In this document: positions 8,021-19,994 of the stretch, one piece after another
Position numbering within the stretch: position 1 is the first letter of the stretch
Layout of the letters: each line of letters starts with the position of its first letter
Source: Escherichia phage vB_EcoM_DalCa
Strand: one strand, 5' to 3'
DNA length: 64,000 nt
Sequence record: NC_054908.1
The notes under the pieces: model-generated
The model's database searches: none
Told to the model about the DNA's origin: nothing
The model's input: the letters and a program-made list of their open reading frames with translations, nothing else
Program-made: the position numbers and the translations under genes

Positions 8021-8745
8021 TATAGTACCTTTAGTGTATTTTTAATTTTAGAAAAAAGTTCTTCAAGAGAACCATCGTTTGTAATTACTAAATCGCCATC
8101 ACGAATTGGCAATCCAGCTTCTGTAATATGTGTATCATTGGATTTTTGACCAGGACGAACTACATGAATTACTGTAGCACCCATCGCCCTAGCCGCATCC
8201 ATTTCATGATCTTGGCGGGTATCAGGAACGATATAATAATCATAACCTGAGTTAAATTTATCAAGATAATCTAAAGCAAATAATTTTACCCAGTACATGC
8301 GGTCGAAGTTATTAACAATCAAATCCGTACCTAGGGCTTGCATCAGACGACGGACTGACCATTGATCTTCAATATTATTTATAACGTCAATAATCTTGTT
8401 AAATGCTACGGAATTAACTGATTCTTGTCCTTCGTCATCAAAAACAAACACACCTTTAATTGGGCTTTTACCATTAAGATAGCAAAATGCTTGTTCCATA
8501 ATCGTGATTACTTCTGATTTAGTCAGATTTAAATTAGTCTCACGATCATAGTCAATTCCTTCAAACTCTTTACGAGTTAAGCAAGGATAGTCAGTGTTTG
8601 CTGCAAATACTCCCCATGCATAAGCCAATGCATCCTTAATAGGACCAGCAAGTTGGTATTTAACTGCAGAATAATTGCTCATGATAAAATCAGCAGTAGT
8701 ATCTTTTCCACTACGCTTTACACCGCTTAAAAAGATTAGTTTCAT
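8020..8745 (-). CDS. 1: gp1 deoxynucleoside monophosphate kinase
   Basis: 241 aa from ATG 8745; N-terminus MKLIFLSGVKRSGKDT (P-loop); synteny 57A-1-3-2-4. Confidence 0.92.
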
Positions 8746-8794
8746 GTGTTTCTCCTCAAATTTAATTAAGATTATAACACACAAAACTGAAGCA

Positions 8795-9325
8795 TTAAAC
8801 TTCCGCTATAATTTTTCCATCTTTTTCTACTTGAAAATACGTATAAGGAATCGTTGCTGTACATACTAAAGCCGGGTCTGAATCTTCTGTGTAGCTAAAT
8901 TCTACTTCAGATAGGTCAGAAACCCAAGGCTTATAAAAATTTATTGACATCACGATTTCAGTTTTGCTATTATCTAAAATGTAAAGCGTAATGTATTCAG
9001 GACCTGTTTTTTGGGCAGTATTTTCACCTGTAAGATAGTTGCTAGTTCCTAGCATCCATTCATACATTCCTATCCATGACTTAAGTTCTTCATCAACTAT
9101 AAATCTCACGATGAGTGGATCGTACTCAAATGTAGCACCTGGACGTTGTGCTCGGCCCAGTCCAAACGGCCCAGTCACGGTATCGGTAACAGGTATCCTA
9201 ATTCCAGGAATAGGAACTGACTGAGCATTTAAAGTAAAAGCAGATGTAGTATTACTATGTGGTATTGATACTACAAAGTTAGTTGTATTTGCTTGGTTAA
9301 AAATTTGTTGCAGTGCTTGCGACAT
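8795..9325 (-). CDS. 3: gp3 tail completion / sheath stabilizer
   Basis: 176 aa from ATG 9325 (MSQALQQIF); T4 length and synteny. Confidence 0.88.
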   Translation of the reverse strand: MSQALQQIFNQANTTNFVVSIPHSNTTSAFTLNAQSVPIPGIRIPVTDTVTGPFGLGRAQRPGATFEYDPLIVRFIVDEELKSWIGMYEWMLGTSNYLTGENTAQKTGPEYITLYILDNSKTEIVMSINFYKPWVSDLSEVEFSYTEDSDPALVCTATIPYTYFQVEKDGKIIAEV

Positions 9326-9431
9326 ATATTCCTCATAATGCTTTATAACTGTTGGTGGTATAATGGGTCTAAGTCCCTTCCATTCAATTCCATTTAGAAC
9401 AAACAACAGAAAAGAATGGAAGATAATAGAA

Positions 9432-10256
9432 TTAGATATTTGACCAGACTTTGTTTGCAGAGAAACGTTTTCCTTTTGAAACGAACTGCTGAAGTGGCAT
9501 TAACACAACGTTCGCCCAGTCTTTCGGGGCGATTTCAACAAGGCTACCCATAATATTACCAGGTATATATGCCTTAATCATTTGGTCTGCACCCCTAAAT
9601 CCTTTCACTTGACTCCAATCAATTTTTAATTTCGTTTTATTAGTAATAGTAGGTGTATTTGCATATTGCTTTAAAAGCTCTTCTAGAAACTGTTGACGAG
9701 CTTTAGGTGGAATATAGTGCAAGTTTAATCCATACATTAAATTATGCTTACCTAAACCAAGGTAAATTATTAAAGGAAATTTATCCCAGTAAGGAAGAGT
9801 TTCCTTGTGTTTAGCATCATAAGCAAAAGCATATATTCGTCCCGGCTGCGGGCGAACAACTTTATGTCCTTTTACTTGCTTAATAGTTTCAGCAAACCAC
9901 TTTCTGGTTTTATTATTAATTGCTGCGCCTTCATTACGAATTTTATCACGCAATGTTTGTCTGAATGAATTTATCATAAGCAGTTGTCTTTCTTGCTTAT
10001 TGAGTTTATTCATTGGTTTTGATTCAAGCTTTTGAATCTTTTCAGCCGTTTTAATTCCTGAAGCATATTTTGACATTGCTGAAGTAAACGTAGAGTATTT
10101 GATTCCTCTTTCTTCAGCAAATTGCTTTCCTGTCATTCCTTTTGCTTTGGCCTTTTTATATTCAAGACCTATTTGAATCCATTTCTTTTCGTTTAATGAT
10201 TGCTTAACCTTTGGAACTTGGGGAGTGCTTTCATTAATTATTTGAAAAATAGCCAT
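9432..10256 (-). CDS. 2: gp2 DNA end protector
   Basis: 274 aa, basic protein; T4 length and synteny. Confidence 0.9.
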
Positions 10257-10708
10257 TATGCCCCCTTAAAGCCAAGAGCTCGTAATCCATCTTCTGTTAA
10301 AATTCTAAATTTTATTCCACGCTTTTCAGCTAAAGATTGTGCTGCTTTCCATTTGTCGGTATTAACAGAATATGTATAAATTTCATTCATAAATCTTTTC
10401 TTCGCTGCTGTTGTTAGATGTGCTGGTTTAACTGGTGGTTGTGTTTCTTTTTTAGGTTTTATTTCAATAAAAAATTCTTGTCCAGAAGAATCTTTCATCC
10501 AAATATCCATGAAGTATCTACGTTTTTTCCCTTCTGCATTACAAAAATAAGGAATTACTGCTGTTTCACTACCCCATGCAATAATTTCTGGATTTTTATC
10601 TAACCATTCAAAAAAGAATTTTTCCCAATTTGATCTATACGTAATTTTTTTAGGGTCACCTCTATACTTTGATATATTTTTAGGAACCCATTTTCCAGAA
10701 TATGCCAT
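10256..10708 (-). CDS. 4: gp4 head completion protein
   Basis: 150 aa; T4 length and synteny. Confidence 0.9.
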
Positions 10709-10719
10709 TGGATTCTCCT

Positions 10720-10727
10720 TATAAATA
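10720..10727 (+). promoter_or_regulatory. late promoter TATAAATA (gene 53)
   Basis: exact TATAAATA about 29 nt upstream of ATG 10756. Confidence 0.6.
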
Positions 10728-10755
10728 GATAATATATTTATAAACAGGAGGGCCC

Positions 10756-11346
10756 ATGCTCTTTACATTTTTTGATCCGATTGAATATGCGGCCAAAACG
10801 GTGAATAAAAACGCGCCGACTATTCCTATGACAGATATTTTTAGAAACTATAAAGACTATTTTAAACGCGCTCTTGCGGGATACCGCTTACGTACTTATT
10901 ATATCAAAGGTTCACCACGCCCGGAAGAATTAGCAAATACTATATATGGAAATCCACAGTTGTATTGGGTTTTATTGATGTGTAATGATAATTATGACCC
11001 GTATTATGGATGGATTACTTCACAAGAAGCAGCTTATCAAGCATCTATACAAAAATACAAAAATGTAGGTGGAGACCAAATAGTATATCATGTGAATGAG
11101 AACGGCGAAAAATTTTATAATTTAATATCATACGATGATAATCCATATGTTTGGTATGACAAAGGCGATAAAGCTAGAAAATATCCTCAATATGAAGGAG
11201 CACTTGCTGCTGTTAATACGTATGAAGATGCTGTTCTTGAAAATGAAAAACTTCGTCAAATAAAAATAATAGCAAAATCAGACATCAATTCATTTATGAA
11301 CGACCTTATACGTATAATGGAGAAATCTTATGGAAATGATAAGTAA
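10756..11346 (+). CDS. 53: gp53 baseplate wedge protein
   Basis: 196 aa; synteny. Confidence 0.9.
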   Translation: MLFTFFDPIEYAAKTVNKNAPTIPMTDIFRNYKDYFKRALAGYRLRTYYIKGSPRPEELANTIYGNPQLYWVLLMCNDNYDPYYGWITSQEAAYQASIQKYKNVGGDQIVYHVNENGEKFYNLISYDDNPYVWYDKGDKARKYPQYEGALAAVNTYEDAVLENEKLRQIKIIAKSDINSFMNDLIRIMEKSYGNDK

Positions 11347-13057
11347 TAACCTTAATTGGTTTGTTGGTGTTGTTGAAGATAGAATGGACCCATTAAAATT
11401 AGGTCGTGTTCGTGTTCGTGTGGTTGGTCTGCATCCACCTCAAAGAGCACAAGGCGATGTAATGGGTATTCCAACTGAAAAATTACCATGGATGTCAGTT
11501 ATTCAACCTATAACTTCTGCAGCAATGTCTGGAATTGGAGGTTCTGTTACTGGACCGGTAGAAGGAACTAGAGTTTATGGTCATTTTTTAGACAAATGGA
11601 AAACTAACGGAATTGTCCTTGGCACGTATGGTGGAATAGTTCGCGAAAAACCGAATAGACTTGAAGGATTTTCTGACCCAACTGGGCAATATCCTAGACG
11701 TTTAGGAAATGATACTAATGTATTAAACCAAGGCGGAGAAGTAGGATATGATTCGTCTTCTAATATTATCCAAGATAGCAATCTAGACACTGCGATAAAT
11801 CCTGATGATAGACCGCTATCAGAGATTCCAACTGATGATAATCCAAATATGTCAATGGCTGAAATGCTTCGCCGTGATGAAGGATTAAGACTAAAAGTCT
11901 ATTGGGATACAGAAGGATATCCGACAATTGGTATTGGTCATCTTATCATAAAGCAGCCAGTTCGTGATATGGCTCAAATTAATAAAGTTTTATCGAAACA
12001 AGTTGGTCGTGAAATTACTGGAAACCCAGGTTCTATTACAATGGAAGAAGCGACGACTTTATTTGAACGTGATTTGGCTGATATGCAAAGGGATATTAAA
12101 TCACATTCTAAAGTAGGACCAGTCTGGCAAGCTGTCAACCGTTCTCGTCAAATGGCATTAGAAAATATGGCGTTTCAGATGGGTGTTGGCGGTGTAGCTA
12201 AATTTAACACAATGTTAACTGCTATGTTAGCAGGAGATTGGGAAAAAGCATATAAAGCCGGTCGTGATTCATTGTGGTATCAACAAACAAAAGGCCGTGC
12301 ATCCCGTGTTACCATGATTATTCTTACAGGTAATTTGGAATCATATGGTGTTGAAGTGAAAACCCCAGCTAGGTCTCTATCAGCAATGGCTGCTACTGTA
12401 GCTAAATCTTCTGACCCGGCTGACCCTCCTATTCCAAATGACTCGAGAATTTTATTCAAAGAACCAGTTTCTTCATATAAAGGCGAATATCCTTATGTGC
12501 ATACAATGGAAACTGAAAGCGGACATATCCAAGAATTTGATGATACCCCTGGGCAAGAACGATACAGATTAGTTCATCCGACTGGAACTTATGAAGAAGT
12601 ATCACCGTCAGGAAGAAGAACAAGAAAAACTGTCGATAATTTGTATGATATAACCAACGCTGATGGTAATTTTTTGGTAGCCGGTGATAAAAAGACTAAC
12701 GTCGGTGGATCAGAAATTTATTACAACATGGATAATCGTCTTCACCAAATAGATGGAAGCAATACAATATTTGTACGTGGCGATGAAACTAAGACGGTTG
12801 AAGGTAATGGAACTATCCTAGTTAAAGGTAATGTTACTATTGTAGTTGAAGGTAATGCTGACATCACAGTTAAAGGAGATGCTACCACTTTAGTTGAAGG
12901 TAATCAAACTAATACAGTAAATGGAAATCTTTCTTGGAAAGTTGCTGGGACAGTTGATTGGGACGTTGGCGGTGATTGGACAGAAAAAATGGCATCTATG
13001 AGTTCTATTTCATCCGGTCAATACACAATTGATGGATCGAGGATTGACATTGGCTAA
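11330..13057 (+). CDS. 5: gp5 baseplate hub subunit and tail lysozyme
   Basis: 575 aa; central lysozyme-like segment (DTEGYPTIGIGH) and C-terminal VxGxxxxx beta-helix repeats. Confidence 0.95.
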   Translation: MEMISNNLNWFVGVVEDRMDPLKLGRVRVRVVGLHPPQRAQGDVMGIPTEKLPWMSVIQPITSAAMSGIGGSVTGPVEGTRVYGHFLDKWKTNGIVLGTYGGIVREKPNRLEGFSDPTGQYPRRLGNDTNVLNQGGEVGYDSSSNIIQDSNLDTAINPDDRPLSEIPTDDNPNMSMAEMLRRDEGLRLKVYWDTEGYPTIGIGHLIIKQPVRDMAQINKVLSKQVGREITGNPGSITMEEATTLFERDLADMQRDIKSHSKVGPVWQAVNRSRQMALENMAFQMGVGGVAKFNTMLTAMLAGDWEKAYKAGRDSLWYQQTKGRASRVTMIILTGNLESYGVEVKTPARSLSAMAATVAKSSDPADPPIPNDSRILFKEPVSSYKGEYPYVHTMETESGHIQEFDDTPGQERYRLVHPTGTYEEVSPSGRRTRKTVDNLYDITNADGNFLVAGDKKTNVGGSEIYYNMDNRLHQIDGSNTIFVRGDETKTVEGNGTILVKGNVTIVVEGNADITVKGDATTLVEGNQTNTVNGNLSWKVAGTVDWDVGGDWTEKMASMSSISSGQYTIDGSRIDIG

Positions 13058-13586
13058 TATACTTCCAATGAGCACTGATTTAGGAGAATCCATGGAAGGT
13101 TCTTCTATCGACGTCACCTTTACCGCTCAATTAGAAACAGGTGAAACGTTAGTATCTATAAATATAACTAGTTACGAAGAAACTCCTGGGGTTTTAGTAG
13201 AAGAAAATCGCTTATATGGAACATATGAATCTGTGTTTGGATTTGGAAATGACGCGTTGAAATATCGTTTAGGCGATGAATTTAAAACTGCTGCTTCATG
13301 GGAAGAACTTCCTACTGATTCTGATACTCAGTTGTATTTGTGGAAAGCTCCTCAAAATCTCCAGAAGACATTCACTTACGAAGTAACATTAATATATGAC
13401 TACCAAGAACAAAGTGAATCTGGAGGTTCTGGCAGTAATTCTAGGTCATCTTCTGATACTACTGAACCGACTGATCCTCCTGCTCCAGTAAGAAAAACTC
13501 TAGTTAAAAATTACACAAAAACTATAGTTGGAAATTGGAGTCGTTGGGCTAATAAATTAAGAAGCTATGTATATGAGAGGTCATAA
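13029..13586 (+). CDS. 5.1: gp5.1-like hypothetical protein
   Basis: ORF between gene 5 and 5.4; Ser/Gly-rich linker; start codon uncertain (overlaps gene 5 end). Confidence 0.55.
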
Positions 13587-13880
13587 ATGTCAGGATTGAG
13601 TTATGATAAGTGTGTTACTGCTGGCCATGAAGCGTGGCCTCCAACAGTTGTGAATGCTACGCAAAGTAAAGTATTCACTGGAGGAATTGCTGTTCTCGTA
13701 GCAGGCGATCCAATTACAGAACATACAGAAATTAAAAAGCCATATGAAACACATGGCGGAGTGACACAACCTAGAACTTCTAAGGTATATGTCACTGGAA
13801 AGAAAGCTGTTCAAATGGCTGATCCAATATCATGCGGTGATACTGTGGCTCAGGCATCATCTAAAGTATTCATTAAATAG
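13587..13880 (+). CDS. 5.4: gp5.4 PAAR-type spike tip protein
   Basis: 97 aa; Cys/His-containing small protein immediately after 5.1. Confidence 0.8.
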
Positions 13881-13888
13881 GATTTAAA

Positions 13889-15871
13889 ATGGCAAATACC
13901 CCTGTAAATTATCAATTAACAAGAACAGCAAATGCTATTCCCGAGATATTCGTCGGTGGTACGTTTGCTGAAATAAAACAAAACCTCATTGAATGGCTTA
14001 ATGGCCAAAATGAATTTTTGGATTATGATTTTGAAGGCTCAAGATTAAACGTTCTGTGTGACCTTTTGGCTTATAATACGCTGTACATTCAGCAGTTTGG
14101 TAATGCTGCTGTATATGAAAGCTTTATGCGTACTGCTAACTTACGAAGCTCAGTTGTTCAAGCTGCACAAGATAACGGATATTTACCTACTTCAAAATCC
14201 GCTGCGCAAACCGAAATTATGTTAACATGCACCGACGCATTGAATAGGAATTACATTACAATTCCTCGCGGAACTCGCTTTTTAGCATATGCAAAAGATA
14301 CTTCTGTTAATCCATATAACTTCGTTTCTACCGAAGACGTTATTGCTATTCGTGATAAAAATAACCAATATTTTCCACGTTTAAAATTGGCCCAGGGACG
14401 TATAGTAAGAACTGAAATCATTTATGATAAATTAACACCTATTATCATTTATGACAAAAATATAGATAGAAACCAGGTTAAATTATACGTTGATGGAGCA
14501 GAATGGATTAACTGGACAAGAAAGTCAATGGTTCATGCTGGTTCTACATCGACAATTTACTACATGCGTGAAACTATTGATGGAAATACTGAATTCTATT
14601 TTGGTGAAGGTGAAATTTCTGTTAATGCTTCTGAAGGAGCTTTGACCGCTAATTATATCGGAGGTCTTAAACCTACTCAGAACTCTACGATTGTTATTGA
14701 GTACATCAGTACTAATGGTGCTGACGCGAACGGAGCAGTCGGATTTTCATACGCAGATACATTAACAAATATAACTGTCATCAATATTAATGAAAATCCA
14801 AACGATGACCCAGATTTTGTTGGGGCAGATGGCGGCGGTGATCCAGAAGATATTGAGCGTATCCGCGAATTGGGTACTATTAAACGCGAAACCCAGCAAC
14901 GCTGCGTAACTGCGACTGACTATGATACATTCGTTTCAGAGAGATTTGGTTCTATTATTCAAGCAGTTCAGACTTTCACTGATTCTACTAAACCTGGTTA
15001 TGCATTTATTGCTGCTAAACCTAAATCAGGTCTGTATTTAACTACTGTACAGCGTGAAGATATTAAAAATTATCTCAAAGACTATAATTTAGCTCCTATT
15101 ACGCCATCAATTATTTCTCCTAATTATCTTTTTATTAAGACTAATTTAAAAGTCACATATGCTTTAAATAAGCTGCAAGAATCCGAACAGTGGCTCGAAG
15201 GTCAAATAATTGATAAAATTGATCGTTATTATACCGAAGACGTAGAAATTTTTAATTCATCTTTCGCTAAATCTAAGATGTTGACATATGTAGATGATGC
15301 AGATCATTCTATCATTGGCTCATCAGCGACAATTCAAATTGTTCGTGAAGTACAAAACTTCTATAAAACGCCTGAAGCAGGTATTAAATACAATAATCAA
15401 ATAAAAGATCGTTCTATGGAATCTAATACGTTTTCATTTAATTCTGGACGAAAGGTTGTAAATCCTGATACTGGTTTAGAAGAAGATGTATTATATGACG
15501 TTCGCATAGTATCAACAGACCGAGATTCTAAAGGAATTGGTAAAGTTATTATTGGTCCATTTGCTTCTGGCGATGTTACAGAAAATGAAAACATTCAGCC
15601 GTATACGGGCAACGATTTTAACAAATTAGCAAATTCTGATGGACGCGACAAATACTATGTTATCGGTGAAATAAATTATCCAGCTGACATGATTTATTGG
15701 AATATCGCTAAAATTAATTTAACATCTGAAAAATTTGAAGTTCAGACTATTGAATTATATTCTGACCCAACCGATGATGTTATCTTTACTCGCGATGGTT
15801 CACTGATTGTATTTGAAAATGACTTACGTCCACAATACTTAACTATCGATTTGGAGCCTATATCACAATGA
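13889..15871 (+). CDS. 6: gp6 baseplate wedge protein
   Basis: 660 aa; synteny. Confidence 0.93.
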   Translation: MANTPVNYQLTRTANAIPEIFVGGTFAEIKQNLIEWLNGQNEFLDYDFEGSRLNVLCDLLAYNTLYIQQFGNAAVYESFMRTANLRSSVVQAAQDNGYLPTSKSAAQTEIMLTCTDALNRNYITIPRGTRFLAYAKDTSVNPYNFVSTEDVIAIRDKNNQYFPRLKLAQGRIVRTEIIYDKLTPIIIYDKNIDRNQVKLYVDGAEWINWTRKSMVHAGSTSTIYYMRETIDGNTEFYFGEGEISVNASEGALTANYIGGLKPTQNSTIVIEYISTNGADANGAVGFSYADTLTNITVININENPNDDPDFVGADGGGDPEDIERIRELGTIKRETQQRCVTATDYDTFVSERFGSIIQAVQTFTDSTKPGYAFIAAKPKSGLYLTTVQREDIKNYLKDYNLAPITPSIISPNYLFIKTNLKVTYALNKLQESEQWLEGQIIDKIDRYYTEDVEIFNSSFAKSKMLTYVDDADHSIIGSSATIQIVREVQNFYKTPEAGIKYNNQIKDRSMESNTFSFNSGRKVVNPDTGLEEDVLYDVRIVSTDRDSKGIGKVIIGPFASGDVTENENIQPYTGNDFNKLANSDGRDKYYVIGEINYPADMIYWNIAKINLTSEKFEVQTIELYSDPTDDVIFTRDGSLIVFENDLRPQYLTIDLEPISQ

Positions 15872-18800
15872 CAGTAAAAGCACCTTCAGTCACTAGTCTC
15901 AGAATTTCCAAGTTATCCGCAAATCAGGTGCAAGTACGCTGGGATGACGTTGGTGCTAATTTCTACTATTTTGTAGAAATCGCTGAGACAAAAACAGACT
16001 CGGGGGAAAATCTCCCGAGCGATCAATATCGTTGGATTAACTTAGGATATACTGCAAATAACAGCTTCTTTTTTGATAATGCTAATCCATTGACATCGTA
16101 TATTATTAGAGTAGCTACAGCTGCGCAGGATTTTGAGCAGTCTGATTGGATTTATACCGAAGAGTTTGAAACTTTTGCTACAAACGCTTATACATTTCAA
16201 AACATGATTGAAATGCAATTAGCCAATAAATTCATTCAGGAAAAATTTACTCTTAATAATTCTGATTATGTTAATTTTAATAATGACACAATAATGGCTG
16301 CGTTGATGAATGAATCATTTCAGTTCAGCCCATCGTATGCTGATGTCTCATCAATTAGTAATTTTATTATTGGTGAAAACGAGTATCATGAAATACAAGG
16401 TTCTATTCAGCAAGTATGTAAGGATATTAACCGAGTTTATTTGATGGAATCAGAAGGGATTCTATATCTTTTTGAGCGTTATCAACCCGTAGTTAAAGTA
16501 TCAAATGATAAAGGACAAACTTGGAAAGCTGTAAAGCTCTTCAATGATCGTGTAGGATATCCTTTATCTAAGACTGTATATTACCAATCTGCGAGCACAA
16601 CATACGTTCTAGGATACGACAAGATTTTCTATGGCCGCAAATCTACTGATGTTAGATGGTCAGCTGATGATGTCAGATTTAGTTCGCAGGATATAACATT
16701 CGCTAAACTTGGTGATCAACTTCATTTAGGATTTGATGTTGAAATCTTTGGTACTTATGCTACATTACCTGCAAATGTGTATCGTATAGCTGAAGCTATT
16801 ACTTGCACCGATGATTACATTTACGTTGTCGCCAGAGACAAAGTTAGATACATAAAAACGAGTAATGCACCTATAGATTCTGATCCATTATCTCCAACAT
16901 ATTCGGAAAGACTTTTTGAACCTGATACAATGACTATAACCGGAAATCCTAAAGCAGTATGCTATAAAATGGATTCTATCGGTGATAAAGTTTTTGCTCT
17001 TATTATTGGTGAAGTTGAAACATTAAATGCTAATCCTAGAACGTCAAAAATAATTGATTCTACTGATAAAGGAATATATGTTTTAAATCATGACACAAAA
17101 ACGTGGAAAAGAGTTTTTGGCAACACTGAAGAAGAAAGAAGACGTATTCAACCTGGGTATGCGAATATGTCAACTGATGGTAAATTAGTTTCTCTATCTT
17201 CGAGTAATTTTAAATTTTTAAATGATAACGTTGTTAATGACCCTGAAACTGTAGCAAAATATCAGTTAATCGGTGCCGTTAAATATGAATTTCCTCGTGA
17301 ATGGTTAGCTGATAAGCATTATCATATGATGGCATTTATAGCAGATGAAAAGTCTGATTGGGAAACTTTTACGCCTCAGCCAATGAAATACTACGCAGAA
17401 CCGTTCTTTAATTGGTCTAAAAAATCTAACACACGCTGTTGGATAAACAACTCTAATAGAGCTGTAGTAGTTTATGCTGATTTAAAATACACTAAAGTTA
17501 TAGAAAATATTCCGGAAACATCACCAGATAGATTAGTTCATGAATACTGGGATGATGGTGATTGTACGATAGTAATGCCAAATGTTAAATTCACGGGATT
17601 TAAAAAATATGCGTCTGGGATGCTTTTTTATAAATCTTCTGGTGAAATAATTTCTTATTATGATTTTAACTATCGTGTGAGAGATACAGTAGAAATTATT
17701 TGGAAGCCGACTGGAGTATTTTTAAAAGCATTTTTACAAAACCAAGAGCATGAGACTCCTTGGTCGCCAGAAGAAGAGCATGGATTAGCTGACCCTGATT
17801 TAAGACCATTAATTGGCACAATGATGCCTGATTCTTATTTGTTGCAGGATTCGAATTTTGAGGCATTTTGTGAAGCATATATTCAATATCTTTCTGACGG
17901 ATACGGAACTCAGTATAATAATTTACGAAATTTAATTCGTAATCAGTATCCACGAGAAGAGCATGCGTGGGAATATTTGTGGTCAGAGATATATAAAAGA
18001 AACATTTATTTAAATGCTGACAAACGTGATGCTGTTGCAAGATTTTTTGAATCACGTAGTTATGATTTTTATTCTACTAAAGGAATTGAAGCATCATACA
18101 AGTTTCTTTTTAAAGTTCTTTATAATGAAGAAGTTGAAATTGAAATTGAATCTGGGGCCGGTACTGAATATGACATAATCGTTCAATCTGATTCTTTGAC
18201 TGAAGATTTAGTAGGACAAACGATTTATACGGCAACAGGAAGATGTAATGTTACTTATATAGAAAGAAGTTATTCTAATGGTAAATTGCAATGGACCGTA
18301 ACTATTCATAATCTTTTGGGAAGATTAATTGCTGGTCAAGAAGTTAAAGCAGAAAGACTCCCTAGTTTTGAAGGCGAAATTATTCGTGGAGTTAAAGGAA
18401 AGGATTTGCTTCAAAACAATATAGACTATATTAATAGAAGTAGATCATACTATGTAATGAAAATTAAATCCAATTTACCTTCTTCCCGCTGGAAATCTGA
18501 CGTTATTCGTTTTGTTCATCCAGTAGGATTTGGATTTATAGCAATTACCCTTTTAACGATGTTTATTAATGTTGGTTTAACTCTTAAACACACAGAGACA
18601 ATAATTAATAAATATAAAAACTATAAATGGGATTCTGGATTGCCTACTGAATATGCTGATAGAGTAGCTAAATTAACTCCAACCGGTGAAATTGAGCATG
18701 ATTCAGTAACAGGCGAAGCAATTTATGAGCCTGGCCCAATGGCTGGTGTAGAATATCCTCTTCCTGATGACTATAATGCTGAAAATAATAATTCAATATT

Positions 18801-18966
18801 TCAAGGTCAATTGCCGTCTGAACGACGTAAATTAATGAGTCCCCTATTTGATGCTTCTGGAACAACATTTGCGCAATTTAGGGATTTAGTTAATAAACGT
18901 CTAAAAGATAATATAGGAAATCCAAGAGACCCTGAAAATCCAACACAGGTTAAAATAGATGAATGA
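15868..18966 (+). CDS. 7: gp7 baseplate wedge protein
   Basis: 1032 aa; synteny. Confidence 0.93.
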   Translation: MTVKAPSVTSLRISKLSANQVQVRWDDVGANFYYFVEIAETKTDSGENLPSDQYRWINLGYTANNSFFFDNANPLTSYIIRVATAAQDFEQSDWIYTEEFETFATNAYTFQNMIEMQLANKFIQEKFTLNNSDYVNFNNDTIMAALMNESFQFSPSYADVSSISNFIIGENEYHEIQGSIQQVCKDINRVYLMESEGILYLFERYQPVVKVSNDKGQTWKAVKLFNDRVGYPLSKTVYYQSASTTYVLGYDKIFYGRKSTDVRWSADDVRFSSQDITFAKLGDQLHLGFDVEIFGTYATLPANVYRIAEAITCTDDYIYVVARDKVRYIKTSNAPIDSDPLSPTYSERLFEPDTMTITGNPKAVCYKMDSIGDKVFALIIGEVETLNANPRTSKIIDSTDKGIYVLNHDTKTWKRVFGNTEEERRRIQPGYANMSTDGKLVSLSSSNFKFLNDNVVNDPETVAKYQLIGAVKYEFPREWLADKHYHMMAFIADEKSDWETFTPQPMKYYAEPFFNWSKKSNTRCWINNSNRAVVVYADLKYTKVIENIPETSPDRLVHEYWDDGDCTIVMPNVKFTGFKKYASGMLFYKSSGEIISYYDFNYRVRDTVEIIWKPTGVFLKAFLQNQEHETPWSPEEEHGLADPDLRPLIGTMMPDSYLLQDSNFEAFCEAYIQYLSDGYGTQYNNLRNLIRNQYPREEHAWEYLWSEIYKRNIYLNADKRDAVARFFESRSYDFYSTKGIEASYKFLFKVLYNEEVEIEIESGAGTEYDIIVQSDSLTEDLVGQTIYTATGRCNVTYIERSYSNGKLQWTVTIHNLLGRLIAGQEVKAERLPSFEGEIIRGVKGKDLLQNNIDYINRSRSYYVMKIKSNLPSSRWKSDVIRFVHPVGFGFIAITLLTMFINVGLTLKHTETIINKYKNYKWDSGLPTEYADRVAKLTPTGEIEHDSVTGEAIYEPGPMAGVEYPLPDDYNAENNNSIFQGQLPSERRKLMSPLFDASGTTFAQFRDLVNKRLKDNIGNPRDPENPTQVKIDE

Positions 18967-19963
18967 TTCAAGTGTTATCTATCGTGCGATAGTTACTTCA
19001 AAATTTAGAACAGAAAAAATGTTGAATTTTTATAATTCAATTGGAAGTGGTCCGGATAAAAACACTATCTTTATCACATTTGGAAGATCAGAACCGTGGT
19101 CATCAAATGAAAATGAGGTGGGCTTTGCCCCACCTTATCCAACCGATTCTGTATTAGGCGTAACTGACATGTGGACGCATATGATGGGAACAGTAAAGGT
19201 TCTTCCATCAATGCTTGACGCAGTTATTCCTCGTCGAGATTGGGGAGATACTAGATATCCGGATCCATACACATTTAGAATTAACGATATTGTAGTGTGT
19301 AACTCAGCTCCTTACAACGCTACTGAATCAGGCGCAGGCTGGTTAGTATATCGTTGTTTAGATGTTCCTGATACTGGAATGTGTTCAATTGCATCTTTAA
19401 CTGATAAGGATGAATGCCTTAAATTAGGCGGAAAATGGACTCCTTCTGTTAGGTCAATGACTCCTCCTGAAGGTCGAGGAGATGCGGAAGGAACAATCGA
19501 ACCTGGAGACGGATATGTTTGGGAATATCTTTTTGAGATTCCGCCCGATGTATCTATAAATAGATGCACAAATGAATATATCGTAGTTCCTTGGCCTGAG
19601 GAATTAAAAGAAGATCCAACTAGATGGGGGTATGAAGATAATCTCACTTGGCAGCAAGATGATTTTGGATTAATTTACCGGGTTAAGGCAAATACTATCC
19701 GTTTTAAAGCATATTTAGATTCAGTTTATTTTCCTGATGCTGCATTGCCAGGAAATAAAGGATTTAGACAAATATCAATAATCACGAATCCTCTTGAAGC
19801 TAAAGCTCATCCAAATGACCCAAACGTTAAAGCTGAAAAGGATTATTATGACCCAGAAGATTTAATGAGGCATTCGGGCGAAATGATTTATATGGAAAAT
19901 AGGCCACCTATTATCATGGCAATGGATCAGACAGAAGAAATCAATATTCTGTTTACATTTTAA
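18959..19963 (+). CDS. 8: gp8 baseplate wedge protein
   Basis: 334 aa; synteny. Confidence 0.93.
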   Translation: MNDSSVIYRAIVTSKFRTEKMLNFYNSIGSGPDKNTIFITFGRSEPWSSNENEVGFAPPYPTDSVLGVTDMWTHMMGTVKVLPSMLDAVIPRRDWGDTRYPDPYTFRINDIVVCNSAPYNATESGAGWLVYRCLDVPDTGMCSIASLTDKDECLKLGGKWTPSVRSMTPPEGRGDAEGTIEPGDGYVWEYLFEIPPDVSINRCTNEYIVVPWPEELKEDPTRWGYEDNLTWQQDDFGLIYRVKANTIRFKAYLDSVYFPDAALPGNKGFRQISIITNPLEAKAHPNDPNVKAEKDYYDPEDLMRHSGEMIYMENRPPIIMAMDQTEEINILFTF

Positions 19964-19968
19964 ATTAA

Positions 19969-19991
19969 GGGAGCCCATGGGCTCCCTTTTT
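19969..19991 (+). terminator. intrinsic terminator (18-nt perfect palindrome plus T-run)
   Basis: GGGAGCCCATGGGCTCCC followed by TTTTTCTTT after gene 8. Confidence 0.6.
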
Positions 19992-19994
19992 CTT

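Noticed and set aside
8746-8784. Upstream ATG extensions for gene 1 (and similarly gene 3 at 9326..9406, gene 20 at 34022..34033, ORF 2503..2622)
   Set aside because: Internal starts give the expected T4 lengths (241, 176, 524 aa) and known N-termini; the extensions cover promoter or intergenic sequence.
13029-13057. Possible programmed frameshift linking gene 5 to gene 5.1
   Set aside because: No slippery heptamer or downstream structure seen; the overlap is better explained by ordinary start-codon uncertainty for 5.1.
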